A stretch of DNA of 64,000 nt from Dendrobates tinctorius (taxonomy: Eukaryota): positions 9,982,001-10,046,000 of the forward strand of contig NW_027361897.1 of assembly GCF_039654945.1 (NCBI RefSeq). Reading direction: 5' to 3'. The position numbers were made by a program, and so were the translations under genes. The notes under the pieces are model-generated. The model was given only the letters and a program-made list of their open reading frames with translations. It was not told the DNA's origin and did not search any database. This document shows, one piece after another, positions 38,815-53,710 of the stretch (positions are counted from its first letter, which is position 1; each line of letters opens with the position of its first letter).

Positions 38815-39895
38815 TAGGAGTAGAGAGGCTGCTTCTATGGCTGTTGCAAGTTGTCAGATAGTTAGAAATGCAGTTTATTGTCAGCTACTTCAGTCATATA
38901 GGATCCTGTGTAAAATCAACCTTCCATCATCTAAAATGATTGTGCTAATAGTTTGGTGCAGGCAGGAGGCCACATTTCCTTATCACAATAACTTGGATTA
39001 ATATTGTGGTGCAGGAAGGAGGCTACATTTCCTAATGAAAATCGTTTGGACTAACATTGTGGTGCAGGCAGGTGGCCATATTTCCTAATTAAAATTGTTT
39101 GGTCAAATATTGTGGTGCAGGCAGAAGGCCACATTTCCCAATCATGATGTTTTGGGCTAATATTGTGGTGCCAGCAATAGTCCATGTTTCCTAATCAAAC
39201 TTGTATGGGCTGAAATTTTGTGGTTCAAAAAGGAGACCACATTTCTTTATCTAAATTATTTGTGCTAATATGGTTTTACAGGCAGTTTGTCATATTTCAT
39301 AATCTAAATCCTTTCAGCTAATAGTGTGGTCCAGACAACAGCCTACATTTTTTAATCTCAATCATTTCTTACAAAAGTTTGGTCCATACACTAAATCTTC
39401 TATTTTATTATTGCAGTGCACGCAGGAGGCAGAAGGCCACATTTCCTAATCTAAATCGTTTGTGCTAATATTCTGGTGCAGGCAGGAGGCCACATTTCCT
39501 AATCTAAATTGTGCTAAAATTCTAATGCAGGCAGGAGGACACATGTCCTAATCTAATATTAGCTGAATATTGGTTATTAATAGTCAAACATAACATTTAT
39601 AATTATTATGTGGAATAAAACACTGTAACAGAAACCCATCAGCATCTCATTATTGTGGTTTCAATACAACTCACAAAGGCATCCTACTACCACATAAAAC
39701 CCCTTAACATTTTGGATTTAATGGAGAAGGCACCAAAGTACCTCCAGTCCATTAAGATTTTCTTAAAACATAAAATATTTATTGTTTGAGTTACCCTTAG
39801 TTGTAGAAAATATGAAAATGTGGATTAATTTAACATCTATGCAAACAAAATGATGTGAGATCAATGAATAAGATTTCATCATTTTGAAAATATAC

Positions 39896-40213
39896 CTGAG
39901 CAGACAACTCCAACATCTTCATTATGTCCACAGTTATGTACTGTAAATGGTTGGTGTAGGCAGTCCCATACGCGTTGTTCATTGCCGGAGCATTGCACAT
40001 CATCCAATACAATTACTCCTTGTCCTTGGCCAAATGCAGCACTGCCATTAAATGCAAGAGCTTGGCCACAATTTAACTGCCGGCATACAACTTGTGCAGC
40101 ATTCAGATCAAAATAATCATCACACACAGTTCCCCATGCTCCATTATAGAGGATTTCTACACGACCGTTACATTGACCATTGCCATTTACCAGTCGTAAA
40201 GACAAGTCTGAAC
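39896..40213 (-). CDS. SRCR exon E17 (T->S variant)
   Basis: 8-Cys SRCR, canonical splice sites. Confidence 0.92.
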
Positions 40214-40852
40214 CTAAAAATAAGGAGAATGGTCATTTCTAAAAACATTTTATTGTAAATTATCTTAAAAGGGAACCAGACAGGTCCCCTCTGTCTTCCC
40301 AACCAACAGCATTTGTATTATTGTTACTAAATACCCTGCCTATTCAGCATTTTTTAGTGTTTAACAACTAAATACTGATTTTAAAATTTTTTTTATAAAT
40401 ACTGATGAGCGGACATTTTCAGAAAACGTTCAACAATCTCATATTTGGCATGAATGCAGCTCATTGGGATTTGTGTACAGATTTTCGCACATTTTCCCTT
40501 AAACCCGGCAAAATTCCGGGAACAGTTCAGTAATTGAAAGGGATTTCACTAATGCTTTGTTAGGACTTTGTCTTGAAGAGTGGTAATGAATTTTGAATGG
40601 GGGGTCTTTAATGAGGGGATTTAATGGGGAGAGGTCAGAGGAGCGACGGCCTGTTTTTCTTTCTTTCTTTTTTAATTTTTTTTCTTCTTTATATTAACTT
40701 AATGTATGCAGATTCAGTCAGCCAATCACAGCACAAATACCATCCACAATGACCAGACATAAGTGGTTCTGCTATTGGCTGCCAAAATCACATGTCCCTC
40801 TACATATAAAAAGCGAATATGTTATTTGGGTGTCGTGATTTTGTCAGTGTAA

Positions 40853-41236
40853 AGGTACTGTCATGCTTAGCGATGCACCAGCGATCCCGACCAGCGATAT
40901 GACGGGGTCAGGATCGCTGGTGCATCGCTAAGTGGTCGCTAGGGAGCTGCCACACAGGCAGATCTCACCAGCGAGATCGATGGGGTCGGGGGTCGCTACT
41001 TACCTGTCAGACGAGGCGATGAAGACGTCCTCCTGCCCGCATCCACGCGTCGCTCATCTCTCCACAGGAAGCGCCGCAGGAAGCTGACGACGAGAAACAG
41101 TCCTGGACGTTCTCACGCGATCAGCGATAACCAGCGGGGGAGCGGGTCATAGGTAAGTATCAGACATAGCAATATCGCTATAACGTCACAAGTTATAGCT
41201 ATATTGCTAGTGATATCGCTAAGTATGACAGTACCT
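40853..41236. mobile_element. MITE copy 11
   Basis: Same TIRs and site. Confidence 0.85.
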
Positions 41237-42319
41237 TAGCAGTAGAGAGGTTGCTTCTATGGCTGTTGCAAGTTGTTAGATAGTTATAAATGCAGTTTAT
41301 TGTCAGCTACTTCAGTTATATAGGATCCTGTGTAAAATCAACCTTCCATCATCTAAAATAATTGTGCTAATAGTTTGGTGCAGGCAGGAGGCCACATTTC
41401 CTTATCACAATAACTTGGATTAATATTGTGGTGCAGGAAGGAGGCTACATTTCCTAATGAAAATCGTTTGGACTAACATTGTGGTGCAGGCAGGTGGCCA
41501 TATTTCTTAATTAAAATTATTTGGTCAAATATTGTGGTGCAGGCAGAAGGCCACATTTCCCAATCATGATGTTTTGGGCTAATATTGTGGTGCCAGCAAT
41601 AGTCCATGTTTCCTAATCAAACTTGTATGGGCTGAAATTTTGTGGTTCAAAAAGGAGACCACATTTCTTTATCTAAATTATTTGTGCTAATATGGTTTTA
41701 CAGGCAGTTTGTCATATTTCATAATCTAAATTCTTTCAGCTAATAGTGTGGTCCAGACTACAGCCTACATTTTTTAATCTCAATCATTTCTTACAAAAGT
41801 TTGGTCCATACACACTAAATCTTCTATTTTATTATTGCAGTGCACGCAGGAGGCAGAAGGCCACATTTCCTAATCTAAATCGTTTGTGCTAATATAATGG
41901 TGCAGGCAGGAGGCCACATTTCCTTATCTAAATTGTGCTAAAATTCTAATGCAGGCAGGAGGACACATGTCCTAATCTAATATTAGCTGAATATTGGTTA
42001 TTAATAGTCAAACATAACATTTATAATTATTATGTGGAATAAAACACTGTAACAGAAACCCATCAGCATCTCATTATTGTGGTTTCAATACAACTCACAA
42101 AGGCATCCTACTACCACATAAAACCCCTTAACATTTTGGATTTAATGGAGAAGGAACCAAAGTACCTCCAGTCCATTCAGATTTTCTTAAAACATAAAAT
42201 ATTTATTGTTTGAGTTACCCTTAGTTGTAGAAAATATGAAAATGTGGATTAATTTAACATCTATGCAAACAAAATGATGTGAGATCAATGAATAAGATTT
42301 CATCATTTTGAAAATATAC

Positions 42320-42646
42320 CTGAGCAGACAACTCCAACATCTTCATTATGTCCACAGTTATGTACTGTAAATGGTTGGTGTAGGCAGTCCCATACGCGTT
42401 GTTCATTGCCGGTGCATTGCACATCATCCAATACAATTACTCCTTGTCCTTGGCCAAATGCAGCACTGCCATTAAATGCAAGAGCTTGGCCACAATTTAA
42501 CTGCCGGCATACAACTTGTGCAGCATTCAGATCAAAATAATCATCACACACAGTTCCCCATGCTCCATTATAGAGGATTTCTACACGACCATTACATTGA
42601 CCATTGCCATTTACCAGTCTTAAAGACAAGTCTGAACCTAGAGAAC
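42320..42646 (-). CDS. SRCR exon E18 (327 nt)
   Basis: 8-Cys SRCR, tandem acceptors. Confidence 0.9.
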
Positions 42647-44458
42647 CTAAAAAAAAGGAGAATGGTCATTTCTAAAAACATTTTATTGTAAATTATCTTA
42701 AAAAGAACCAGAAAGGTCCTCTACGTGATCACAACCACCAGCATTTGTGTTATTGTTAATAAATACCCTGCTTTTTCATCTCTTTATTGTGTAAACACCT
42801 AAATGCAGATTAAAAAAAAAATTATAAATAGTGATGAGCGGACTTTTTTGGAAAACGTTCAACAATCTCAAATTTGGCAGGAAAGCAGCTCATTTGTATT
42901 TGTGTTTAGATTTATGAGCATTTTCCCTTAAAACTTGCAATATTCCAGGAACAGTTCAGTAAATGACCGTGATTCCGCTAATGCTTTGTTACGACTTTTT
43001 CTTGGATAGCGGTGCTGAATTTTGAGTGGGGGGGTCTTTAATGAGGGGATTTAATGGGGAGAGGTCAGAGAAGCAACTGACTGTTTTTCATTATTTTCTT
43101 TTTCAAATTTTTTTCTTTTTTATAATAACTTACAATGTGTAGATTCTGGCAGCCAATCACAGCACAAATACCATCCACAATGTCCAGACACAAGTGCTTC
43201 TGCAATTGGCTGCCAAAATCACATGTCCCTCTCCTTATAAAAAGTGAAGATGTTGTTGGGTGTGTCCCGATTTTGTCAGTGTAACAGAAGTGAGAGGCTT
43301 CTTCTATGGCTGTTGCAAGTTGTCAGATAGTTAGAAATGCAGCGTATTGTCAGCTACTTAAGTTGTATAGAATCCTGTGTAAAATCAACCTTCCGTTATC
43401 TAAAATGATTGTGCTAATAGTTAGGAGGCCACATTTCCTATTTACAATAATTTGGAATAATATTGTCGTCCAGGAAGGAGGCTACATTTCCTAATGTACA
43501 TCGTTTGGACTAACATTGTGGTGCAGGCAGGATGCCATAATTCCTAATAAAAATTCTTTGGGCTAATATTGTGGTGCAGGCAGAAGACCACATTTCCCAG
43601 TCATGATGTTCTGGGCTAATATTGTGGTGCCAGCAAGACTCCATGTTTCCTAATCAAACTTGCTTCGGCTAAAAATTTTTGGTTTGAAAAGGAGGCCTCA
43701 TTTCTTTATCTAAATTATTTGTGCTAATATGGTGTTACAGAGAGGTCTTCATATTTCAGAATCTAAATCCTTTCAGCTAATAGTGTGGTCCTGACACCAG
43801 CCTGCACTTTTTAATCTCAATCCTTTTTGACAATAGTTTAGTTCATACACATTAAATCTTCTGTTCTATTATTGAAGTGCACGCAGGAGGCAGGAGACCA
43901 TATTTTCTAATCTAAATTGTTTGTGCTACTATTGTGGTGCAGGCAGGAGGCCACATTTCCTAAACTAAATCGTTTGTGCTAATATTCTGGTGCAGGCATA
44001 ATGCTACATTTCCTATTCTAAATCATTTGTACCAATATTCTGGTGCAGTCAGGAGGCCATATTTCCTAATGTAAATTGTGCTAAAATTCTCATGCAGGCA
44101 GGAGGACACATGTTCCAATCTAATATTAGCTGAATATTGATTATTATTAGTCAAACAAAACATTAATAATTATTATGTAGATTAAAACCCTGTAACAGAA
44201 ACCCATCAGCATCTCATTATTGTGGTGTCAATACACCTGACAAAGGCATCCTATTACCATATAAAACCCCTTAACATTTTGGACTTAATGGGGAAGGAAC
44301 CAAAGTAACTCCAGTCCATTAAGATTTTCTTACAAAAAAAACTATTGTTTGAGTTAACCTTAGTTGTAGAAAATATGAAAATGTGGATTAATTTAACATC
44401 TATGCAAACAAAATGATGTGAGATCACTGAATAAGATTTCATCAGTTCGAAAATATAC

Positions 44459-44776
44459 CTGAGCAGACAACTCCAACATCTTCATTATGTCCACAGTTAT
44501 GTACTGTAAATGGTTGGTGTAGGCAGTCCCATACGCGTTGTTCATTGCCGGTGCATTGCACGTCATCCAATACAATTACTCCTTGTCCTTGGCCAAATGC
44601 AGCACTGCCATTAAATGCAATAGCTTGGCCACAATTTAACTGCCGGCATACAACTTGTGCAGCATTCAGATCAAAATAATCATCACACACAGTTCCCCAT
44701 GCTCCATTATAGAGGACTTCTACACGACCGTTACATTGACCATTGCCATTTACCAGTCGTAAAGACAAGTCTGAAC
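44459..44776 (-). CDS. SRCR exon E19 (VEVL variant)
   Basis: 8-Cys SRCR, canonical splice sites. Confidence 0.92.
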
Positions 44777-45415
44777 CTAAAAATAAGGAGAATGATCATT
44801 TCTAAAAACATTTTATTGTAAATTATCTTAAAAGGGAACCAGACAGGTCCCCTCTGTCCTCCCAACCACCAGCATTTGTATTATTGTTACTAAATACCCT
44901 GCCTATTCAGCCTTTTATAGTGTTTAACAACTAAATACAGATTTTAAAATTTTTTTCATAAATACTGATGAGCGGACATTTTCAGAAAACGTTCAACAAT
45001 CTCAAATTTGGCATGAATGCAGCTTATTGGGACTTGTGTACAGATTTTCGAGCATTTTCCCTTAAACCCGGCAAAATTCCGGGAACAGTTCAGTAATTGA
45101 AAGGGATTTCACTAATGCTTTGTTAGGACTTTGTCTTGAAGAGTGGTAATGAATTTTGAGTGGGGGGTCTTTAATGAGGGGATTTAATGGGGAGAGGTCA
45201 GAGGAGCGACGGCCTGTTTATCTTTCTTTCTTTTTTAATTTTTTTTCTTCTTTATATTAACTTAATGTATGCAGATTCAGGCAGCCAATCACAGCACAAA
45301 AACCATCCACAATGACCAAACATAAGTGCTTCTGCTATTGGCTGCCAAAATCACATGTCCCTCTACATATAAAAAGCGAATATGTTTTTTGGGTGTCGTG
45401 ATTTTGTCAGTGTAA

Positions 45416-45799
45416 AGGTACTGTCATGCTTAGCAATGCACCAGCGATCCCGACCAGCGATATGACGGGGTCAGGATCGCTGTTGCATCGCTAAGTGGTC
45501 GCTAGGGAGCTGCCACACAGGCAGATCTCACCAGCGAGATCGATGGGGTCGGGGGTCGCTACTTACCTGTCAGACGAGGCGATGAAGACGTCCTCCTGCC
45601 CGCATCCACGCGTCGCTCGTCTCTCCACAGGAAGCGCCGCAGGAAGCTGACGACGAGAAACAGTCCTGGACGTTCTCACGCGATCAGCGATAACCAGCGG
45701 GGGAGCGGGTCGTAGGTAAGTATCAGACATAGCAATATCGCTATAACGTCACAAGTTATAGCTATATTGCTAGTGATATCGCTAAGTATGACAGTACCT
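45416..45799. mobile_element. MITE copy 12
   Basis: Same TIRs and site. Confidence 0.85.
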
Positions 45800-46831
45800 T
45801 AGCAGTAGAGAGGCTGCTTCTATGGCTGTTGCAAGTTGTCAGATAGTTAGAAATGCAGTTTATTGTCAGCTACTTCAGTCAAATAGGATACTGTGTAAAA
45901 TCAACCTTCCATCATCTAAAATGATTGTGCTAATAGTTTGGTGCAGGCAGGAGGCCACATTTCCTAATGAAAATCGTTTGGACTAACATTGTGGTGCAGG
46001 CAGGTGGCCATATTTCCTAATTAAAATTGTTTGGTCAAATATTGTGGTGCAGGCAGAAGGCCACATTTCCCAATCATGATGTTTTGGGCTAATATTGTGG
46101 TGCCAGCAATAGTCCATGTTTCCTAATCAAACTTGTATGGGCTGAAATTTTGTGGTTCAAAAAGGAGACCACATTTCTTTATCTAAATTATTTGTGCTAA
46201 TATATATTTTTACAGGCAGTTTGTCATATTTCATAATCTAAATCCTTTCAGCTAATAGTGTGGTCCAGACAACAGCCTACATTTTTTAATCTCAATCATT
46301 TCTTACAAAAGTTTGGTCCATACACACTAAATCTTCTATTTTATTATTGCAGTGCACGCAGGAGGCAGAAGGCCACATTTCCTAATCTAAATCGTTTGTG
46401 CTAATATTCTGGTGCAGGCAGGAGGCCACATTTCCTAATCTAAATTGTGCTAAAATTCTAATGCAGGCAGGAGGACACATGTCCTAATCTAATATTAGCT
46501 GAATATTGGTTATTAATAGTCAAACATAACATTTATAATTATTATGTGGAATAAAACACTGTAACAGAAACCCATCAGCATCTCATTATTGTGGTTTCAA
46601 TACAACTCACAAAGGCATCCTACTACCACATAAAACCCCTTAACATTTTGGATTTAATGGAGAAGGAACCAAAGTACCTCCAGTCCATTAAGATTTTCTT
46701 AAAACATAAAATATTTATTGTTTGAGTTACCCTTAGTTGTAGAAAATATGAAAATGTGGATTAATTTAACATCTATGCAAACAAAATGATGTGAGATCAA
46801 TGAATAAGATTTCATCATTTTGAAAATATAC

Positions 46832-47158
46832 CTGAGCAGACAACTCCAACATCTTCATTATGTCCACAGTTATGTACTGTAAATGGTTGGTGTAGGCAGT
46901 TCCATACGCGTTGTTCATTGCCGGTGCATTGCACATCATCCAATACAATTACTCCTTGTCCTTGGCCAAATGCAGCACTGCCATTAAATGCAAGAGCTTG
47001 GCCACAATTTAACTGCCGGCATACAACTTGTGCAGCATTCAGATCAAAATAATCATCACACACAGTTCCCCATGCTCCATTATAGAGGATTTCTACACGA
47101 CCGTTACATTGACCATTGCCATTTACCAGTCTTAAAGACAAGTCTGAACCTAGAGAAC
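46832..47158 (-). CDS. SRCR exon E20 (327 nt; WDC->WNC)
   Basis: 8-Cys SRCR, tandem acceptors. Confidence 0.9.
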
Positions 47159-48971
47159 CTAAAAAAAAGGAGAATGGTCATTTCTAAAAACATTTTATTG
47201 TAAATTATCTTAAAAAGAACCAGAAAGGTCCTCTACGTGATCACAACCACCAGCATTTGTGTTATTGTTAATAAATACCCTGCTTTTTCATCCCTTTATA
47301 GTGTAAACATCTAAATGCAGATTAAAAAAAAAATTATAAATAGTGATGAGCGGACTTTTTTGGAAAACGTTCAACAATCTCAAATTTGGCAGGAAAGTAG
47401 CTCATTTGTATTTGTGTTTAGATTTATGAGCATTTTCCCTTAAAACTTGCAATATTCCGGGAACAGTTCAGTAAATGACCGTGATTCCGCTAATGCTTTG
47501 TTACGACTTTTTCTTGCATAGTGGTGCTGAATTTTGAGTGGGGGAGTCTTTAATGAGGGGATTTAATGGGGAGAGGTCAGAGAAGCAACTGACTGTTTTT
47601 CATTTTTTTCTTTTTCAAATTTTTTTCTTCTTTATAATAACTTACAATGTGTAGATTCTGGCAGCCAATCACAGCACAAATACCATCCACAATGTCCAGA
47701 CACAAGTGTTTCTGCAATTGGCTGCCAAAATCACATGTCCCTCTCCTTATAAAAAGTGAAGATGTTGTTGGGGGTGTCCCGATTTTGTCAGTGTAACAGA
47801 AGTGAGAGGCTTCTTCTATGGCTGTTGCAAGTTGTCAGATAGTTAGAAATGCAGCTTATTGTCAGCTACTTAAGATGTATAGAATCCTGTGTAAAAATCA
47901 ACCTTCCGTTATCTAAAATGATTGTGCTAATAGGTAGGAGGCCACATTTCCTAATTACAATAATTTGGATTAATATTGTCGTCCAGGAAGGAGGCTACAT
48001 TTCCTAATGAACATCGTTTGGACTAACATTGTGGTGCAGGCAGGATGCCATAATTCCTAATAAAACTTCTTTGGGCTAATATTGTGGTGCAGGCAGAAGA
48101 CCACATTTCCCAGTCATGATGTTCTGGGCTAATATTTTGGTGCCAGCAAGACTCCATGTTTCCTAATCAAACTTGCTTCGGCTAAAAATTTTTGGTTTGA
48201 AAAGGAGGCCTCATTTCTTTATCTAAATTATTTGTGCTAATATGGTGTTACAGGCAGGTCTTCATATTTCAGAATCTAAATCCTTTCAGCTAATAGTGTG
48301 GTCCTGACACCAGCCTGCACTTTTTAATCTCAATCCTTTTTGACAATAGTTTAGTTCATACACACTAAATCTTCTGTTCTATTATTGAAGTGCACGCACG
48401 AGGAAGCAGACCATATTTCCTAATCTAAATTGTTTGTGCTACTATTGTAGTGCAGGCAGGAGGCCACATTTCCTAATCTAAATCGTTTGTGCTAATATTC
48501 TGGTGCAGGCATAATGCTACATTTCCTATTTTAAATCATTTGTGCCAATATTCTGGTGCAGTCATGAGGCCATATTTCCTAATCTAAATTGTGCTAAAAT
48601 TCTCATGCAGGCAGGAGGACACATGTTCCAATCTAATATTAGCTGAATATTGATTATTATTAGTCAAACAAAACATTAATAATTATTATGTAGATTAAAA
48701 CCCTGTAACAGAAACCCATCAGCATCTCATTATTGTGGTGTCAAAACACCTGACAAAGGCATCCTATTACCATATAAAACCCCTTAACATTTTGGACTTA
48801 ATGGGGAAGGAACCAAAGTACCTCCAGTCCATTAATATTTTCTTATAAAAAAAACTATTGTTTGAGTTAACCTTAGTTGTAGAAAATATGAAAATGTGGA
48901 TTAATTTAACATCTATGCAAACAAAATGATGTGAGATCACTGAACAAGATTTCATCATTTCGAAAATACAC

Positions 48972-49289
48972 CTGAGCAGACAACTCCAACATCTTCATTA
49001 TGTCCACAGTTATGTACTGTAAATGGTTGGTGTAGGCAGTCCCATACGCGTTGTTCATTGCCGGTGCATTGCACATCATCCAATACAATTACTCCTTGTC
49101 CTTGGCCAAATGCAGCACTGCCATTAAATGCAAGAGCTTGGCCACAATTTAACTGCTGGCATACAACTTGTGCAGCATTCAGATCAAAATAATCATCACA
49201 CACAGTTCCCCATGCTCCATTATAGAGGATTTCTACACGACCGTTACATTGACCATTGCCATTTACCAGTCGTAAAGACAAGTCTGAAC
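48972..49289 (-). CDS. SRCR exon E21 (CRQ->CQQ; donor GTGTAT)
   Basis: 8-Cys SRCR, AG/GT boundaries. Confidence 0.9.
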
Positions 49290-49928
49290 CTAAAAATAAG
49301 GAAAATGGTCATTTCTAAAAACATTTTATTGTAAATTATCTTAAAAGGGAACTAGACAGGTCCCCTCTGTCCTCCCAACCACCAGCATTTGTATTATTGT
49401 TACTAAATACCCTGCCTATTCAGCATTTTTTAGTGTTTAACAACTAAATACAGATTTTAAATTTTTTTTTATAAATACTGATGAGCCGACATTTTCAAAA
49501 AACGTTCAACAATCTCAAATTTGGCATGAATGCAGCTCATTGGGATTTGTGTACAGATTTTCGAGCATTTTCCCTTAAACCCGGCAAAATTCCGGGAACA
49601 GTTCAGTAATTGAAAGGGATTTCACTAATGCTTTGTTAGGACTTTGTCTTGAAGCGTGGTAATGAATTTTGAGTGGGGGGTCTTTAATGAGGGGATTTAA
49701 TGGGGAGAGGTCAGAGGAGCGACGGCCTGTTTTTCTTTCTTTCTTTTTTAATTTTTTTTCTTCTTTATATTAACTTAATGTATGCAGATTCAGGCAGCCA
49801 ATCACAGCACAAATACCATCCACAATGACCAGACATAAGTGCTTCTGCTATTGGCTGCCAAAATCACATGTCCCTCTACATATAAAAAGCGAATATGTTT
49901 TTTGGGTGTCGTGATTTTGTCAGTGTAA

Positions 49929-50312
49929 AGGTACTGTCACGCTTAGCGATGCACCAGCGATCCCGACCAGCGATATGACGTGGTCAGGATCGCTGGTGCA
50001 TCGCTAAGTGGTCGCTAGTGAGCTGCCACACAGGCAGATCTCACCAGCGAGATCGATGGGGTCGGGGGTCGCTACTTACCTGTCAGACGAGGCGATGAAG
50101 ACGTCCTCCTGCCCGCGTCCACGCGTCGCTCGTCTCTCCACAGGAAGCGCCGCAGGAAGCTGACGATGAGAAACAGTCCTGGACGTTCTCACTCGATCAG
50201 CGATAACCAGCGGGGGGGCGGGTCTTAGGTAAGTATCAGACATAGCAATATCGCTATAACGTCACAAGTTATAGCTATATTGCTAGTGATATCGCTAAGT
50301 ATGACAGTACCT
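49929..50312. mobile_element. MITE copy 13
   Basis: Same TIRs and site. Confidence 0.85.
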
Positions 50313-51396
50313 TAGCAGTAGAGAGGCTGCTTCTATGGCTGTTGCAAGTTGTCAGATAGTTAGAAATGCAGTTTTTTGTCAGCTACTTCAGTCATATAGG
50401 ATCCTGTGTAAAATCAACCTTCCATCATCTAAAATGATTGTGCTATTAGTTTGGTGCAGGCAGGAGGCCACATTTCCTTATCACAATAACTTGGATTAAT
50501 ATTGTGGTGCAGGAAGGAGGCTACATTTCCTAATGAAAATCGTTTGGACTAACATTGTGGTGCAGGCAGGTGGCCATATTTCCTAATTAAAATTGTTTTG
50601 TCAAATATTGTGGTGCAGGCAGAAGGCCACATTTCCCAATCATGATGTTTTGGGCTAATATTGTGGTGCCAGCAATAGTCCATGTTTCCTAATCAAACTT
50701 GTATGGGTCTGAAATTTTGTGGTTCAAAAAGGAGACCACATTTCTTTATCTAAATTATTTGTGCTAACATGGTTTTACAGACAGTTTGTCATATTTCATA
50801 ATCTAAATCCTTTCAGCTAATAGTGTGGTCCAGACAACAGCCTACATTTTTTAATCTCAATCATTTCTTACAAAAGTTTGGTCCATACACACTAAATCTT
50901 CTATTTTATTATTGCAGTGCATGCAGGAGGCAGAAGGCCACATTTCCTAATCTAAATCGTTTGTGCTAATATTCTGGTGCAGGCAGGAGGCCACATTTCC
51001 TAATCTAAATTGTGCTAAAATTCTAATGCAGGCAGGAGGACACATGTCCTAATCTAATATTAGCTGAATATTGGTTATTAATAGTCAAACATAACATTTA
51101 TAATTATTATGTGGAATAAAACACTGTAACAGAAACCCATCAGCATCTCATTATTGTGGTTTCAATACAACTCACAAAGGCATCCTGCTACCACATAAAA
51201 CCCCTTAACATTTTGGATTTAATGGAGAAGGAACCAAAGTACCTCCAGTCCATTAAGATTTTCTTAAAACATAAAATATTTATTGTTTGAGTTACCCTTA
51301 GTTGTAGAAAATATGAAAATGTGGATTAATTTAACATCTATGCAAACAAAATGATGTGAGATCAATGAATAAGATTTCATCATTTTGAAAATATAC

Positions 51397-51723
51397 CTGA
51401 GCAGACAACTCCAACATCTTCATTATGTCCACAGTTATGTACTGTAAATGGTTGGTGTAGGCAGTCCCATACGCGTTGTTCATTGCCGGTGCATTGCACA
51501 TCATCCAATACAATTACTCCTTGTCCTTGGCCAAATGCAGCACTGCCATTAAATGCAAGAGCTTGGCCACAATTTAACTGCCGGCATACAACTTGTGCAG
51601 CATTCAGATCAAAATAATCATCACACACAGTTCCCCATGCTCCATTATAGAGGATTTCTACACGACCATTACATTGACCATTGCCATTTACCAGTCTTAA
51701 AGACAAGTCTGAACCTAGAGAAC
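51397..51723 (-). CDS. SRCR exon E22 (327 nt)
   Basis: 8-Cys SRCR, tandem acceptors. Confidence 0.9.
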
Positions 51724-53392
51724 CTAAAAAAAAGGAGAATGGTCATTTCTAAAAAGATTTTATTGTAAATTATCTTAAAAAGAACCAGAAAGGTCCTCTA
51801 CGTGATCACAACCACCAGCATTTGTGTTATTGTTAATAAATACCCTGCTTTTTCATCCCTTAATAGTGTTTAACACCTAAATGCAGATTAAAAAAAAAAT
51901 TATAAATAGCGATGAGCGGACTTTTTTGGAAAACATTCAACAATCTCAAATTTGGCAGGAAAGCAGCTCATTTGTATTTGTGTTTAGATTTATGAGCATT
52001 TTCCCTTAAAACTTGCAATATTCCGGGAACAGTTCAGTAAATGACCATGATTCCGCTATCGCTTTGTTAGGACTTTTTCTTGAACAGCGGTGCTGAATTT
52101 TGAGTGGGGGTCTTTAATGAGGGGATTTAATGTGGAGAGGTCAGAGAAGCAACTGACTGTTTTTCATTTCTTTCTTTTTCAATTTTTTTTCTTCTTTATA
52201 TTAACTTACAATGTGTAGATTCTGGCAGCCAATCACAGCACAAATACCATCCACAATGTCCAGACACAAGTGCTTCTGCAATTGGCTGCCAAAATCACAT
52301 GTCCCTCTCCTTATAAAAAGCGAAGATGTTGTTGGGGGTGTCGCGATTTTGTCAGTGTAACAGAAGTGAGAGGCTTCTTCTATGGCTGTTGCAAGTTGTC
52401 AGATAGTTAGAAATGCAGCTTATTGTCAGCTACTTAAGTTGTATAGAATCCTGTGTAAAATCAACCTTCCGTTATCTAAAATGATTGTGCTAAGAGTTAG
52501 GAGGCCACATTTCCTAATTACAATAATTTGGATTAATATTGTCGTCCAGGAAGGAGGCTACATTTCCTAATGAACATCGTTTGGACTAACATCTTGCTTG
52601 GGCTAAAAATTTTAGGTTTAAAAAGGAAGCCTCATTTCTTTATCTAAATTATTTGTACTAATATGGTGTTACAGGCAGGTCTTCATATTTCAGAATCAAA
52701 ATCCTTTCAGCTAATAGTGTGGTCCTGACACCAGCCTGCACTTTTTAATCTCAATCCTTTTTGACAATAGTTTAGTTCATACACACTAAATCTTCTGTTC
52801 TATTATTGAAGTGCACGCAGGAGGCAGGAGACCATATTTTCTAATCTAAATTGTTTGTGCTACTATTGTGGTGGAGGCAGGAGGCCACATTTCCTAAACT
52901 AAATCGTTTGTGCTAATATTCTGGTGCAGGCATAATGCTACATTTCCTATTCTAAATCATTTGTGCCAATATTCTGGTGCAGTCAGGAGGCCATATTTCC
53001 TAATCTAAATTGTGCTAAAATTCTCATGCAGGCAGGAGGACACATGTTCCAATCTAATATTAGCTGAATATTGATTATTATTAGTCAAACAAAACATTAA
53101 TAATTATTATGTAGATTAAAACCCTGTAACAGAAACCCATCAGCATCTCATTATTGTGGTGTCAATACACCTGACAAAGGCATCCTATTACCATATAAAA
53201 CCCCTTAACATTTTGGACTTAATGGGGAAGGAACCAAAGTACCTCCAGTCCATTAAGATTTTCTTACAAAAAAAACTATTGTTTGAGTTAACCTTAGTTG
53301 TAGAAAATATGAAAATGTGGATTAATTTAACATCTATGCAAACAAAATGATGTGAGATCACTGAATAAGATTTCATCATTTCGAAAATATAC

Positions 53393-53710
53393 CTGAGCAG
53401 ACAACTCCAACATCTTCATTATGTCCACAGTTATGTACTGTAAATGGTTGGTGTAGGCAGTCCCATACGCGTTGTTCATTGCCGGTGCATTGCACGTCAT
53501 CCAATACAATTACTCCTTGTCCTTGGCCAAATGCAGCACTGCCGTTAAATGCAATAGCTTGGCCACAATTTAACTGCCGGCATACAACTTGTGCAGCATT
53601 CAGATCAAAATAATCATCACACACAGTTCCCCATGCTCCATTATAGAGGACTTCTACACGACCGTTACATTGACCATTGCCATTTACCAGTCGTAAAGAC
53701 AAGTCTGAAC
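53393..53710 (-). CDS. SRCR exon E23 (VEVL variant)
   Basis: 8-Cys SRCR, canonical splice sites. Confidence 0.92.
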
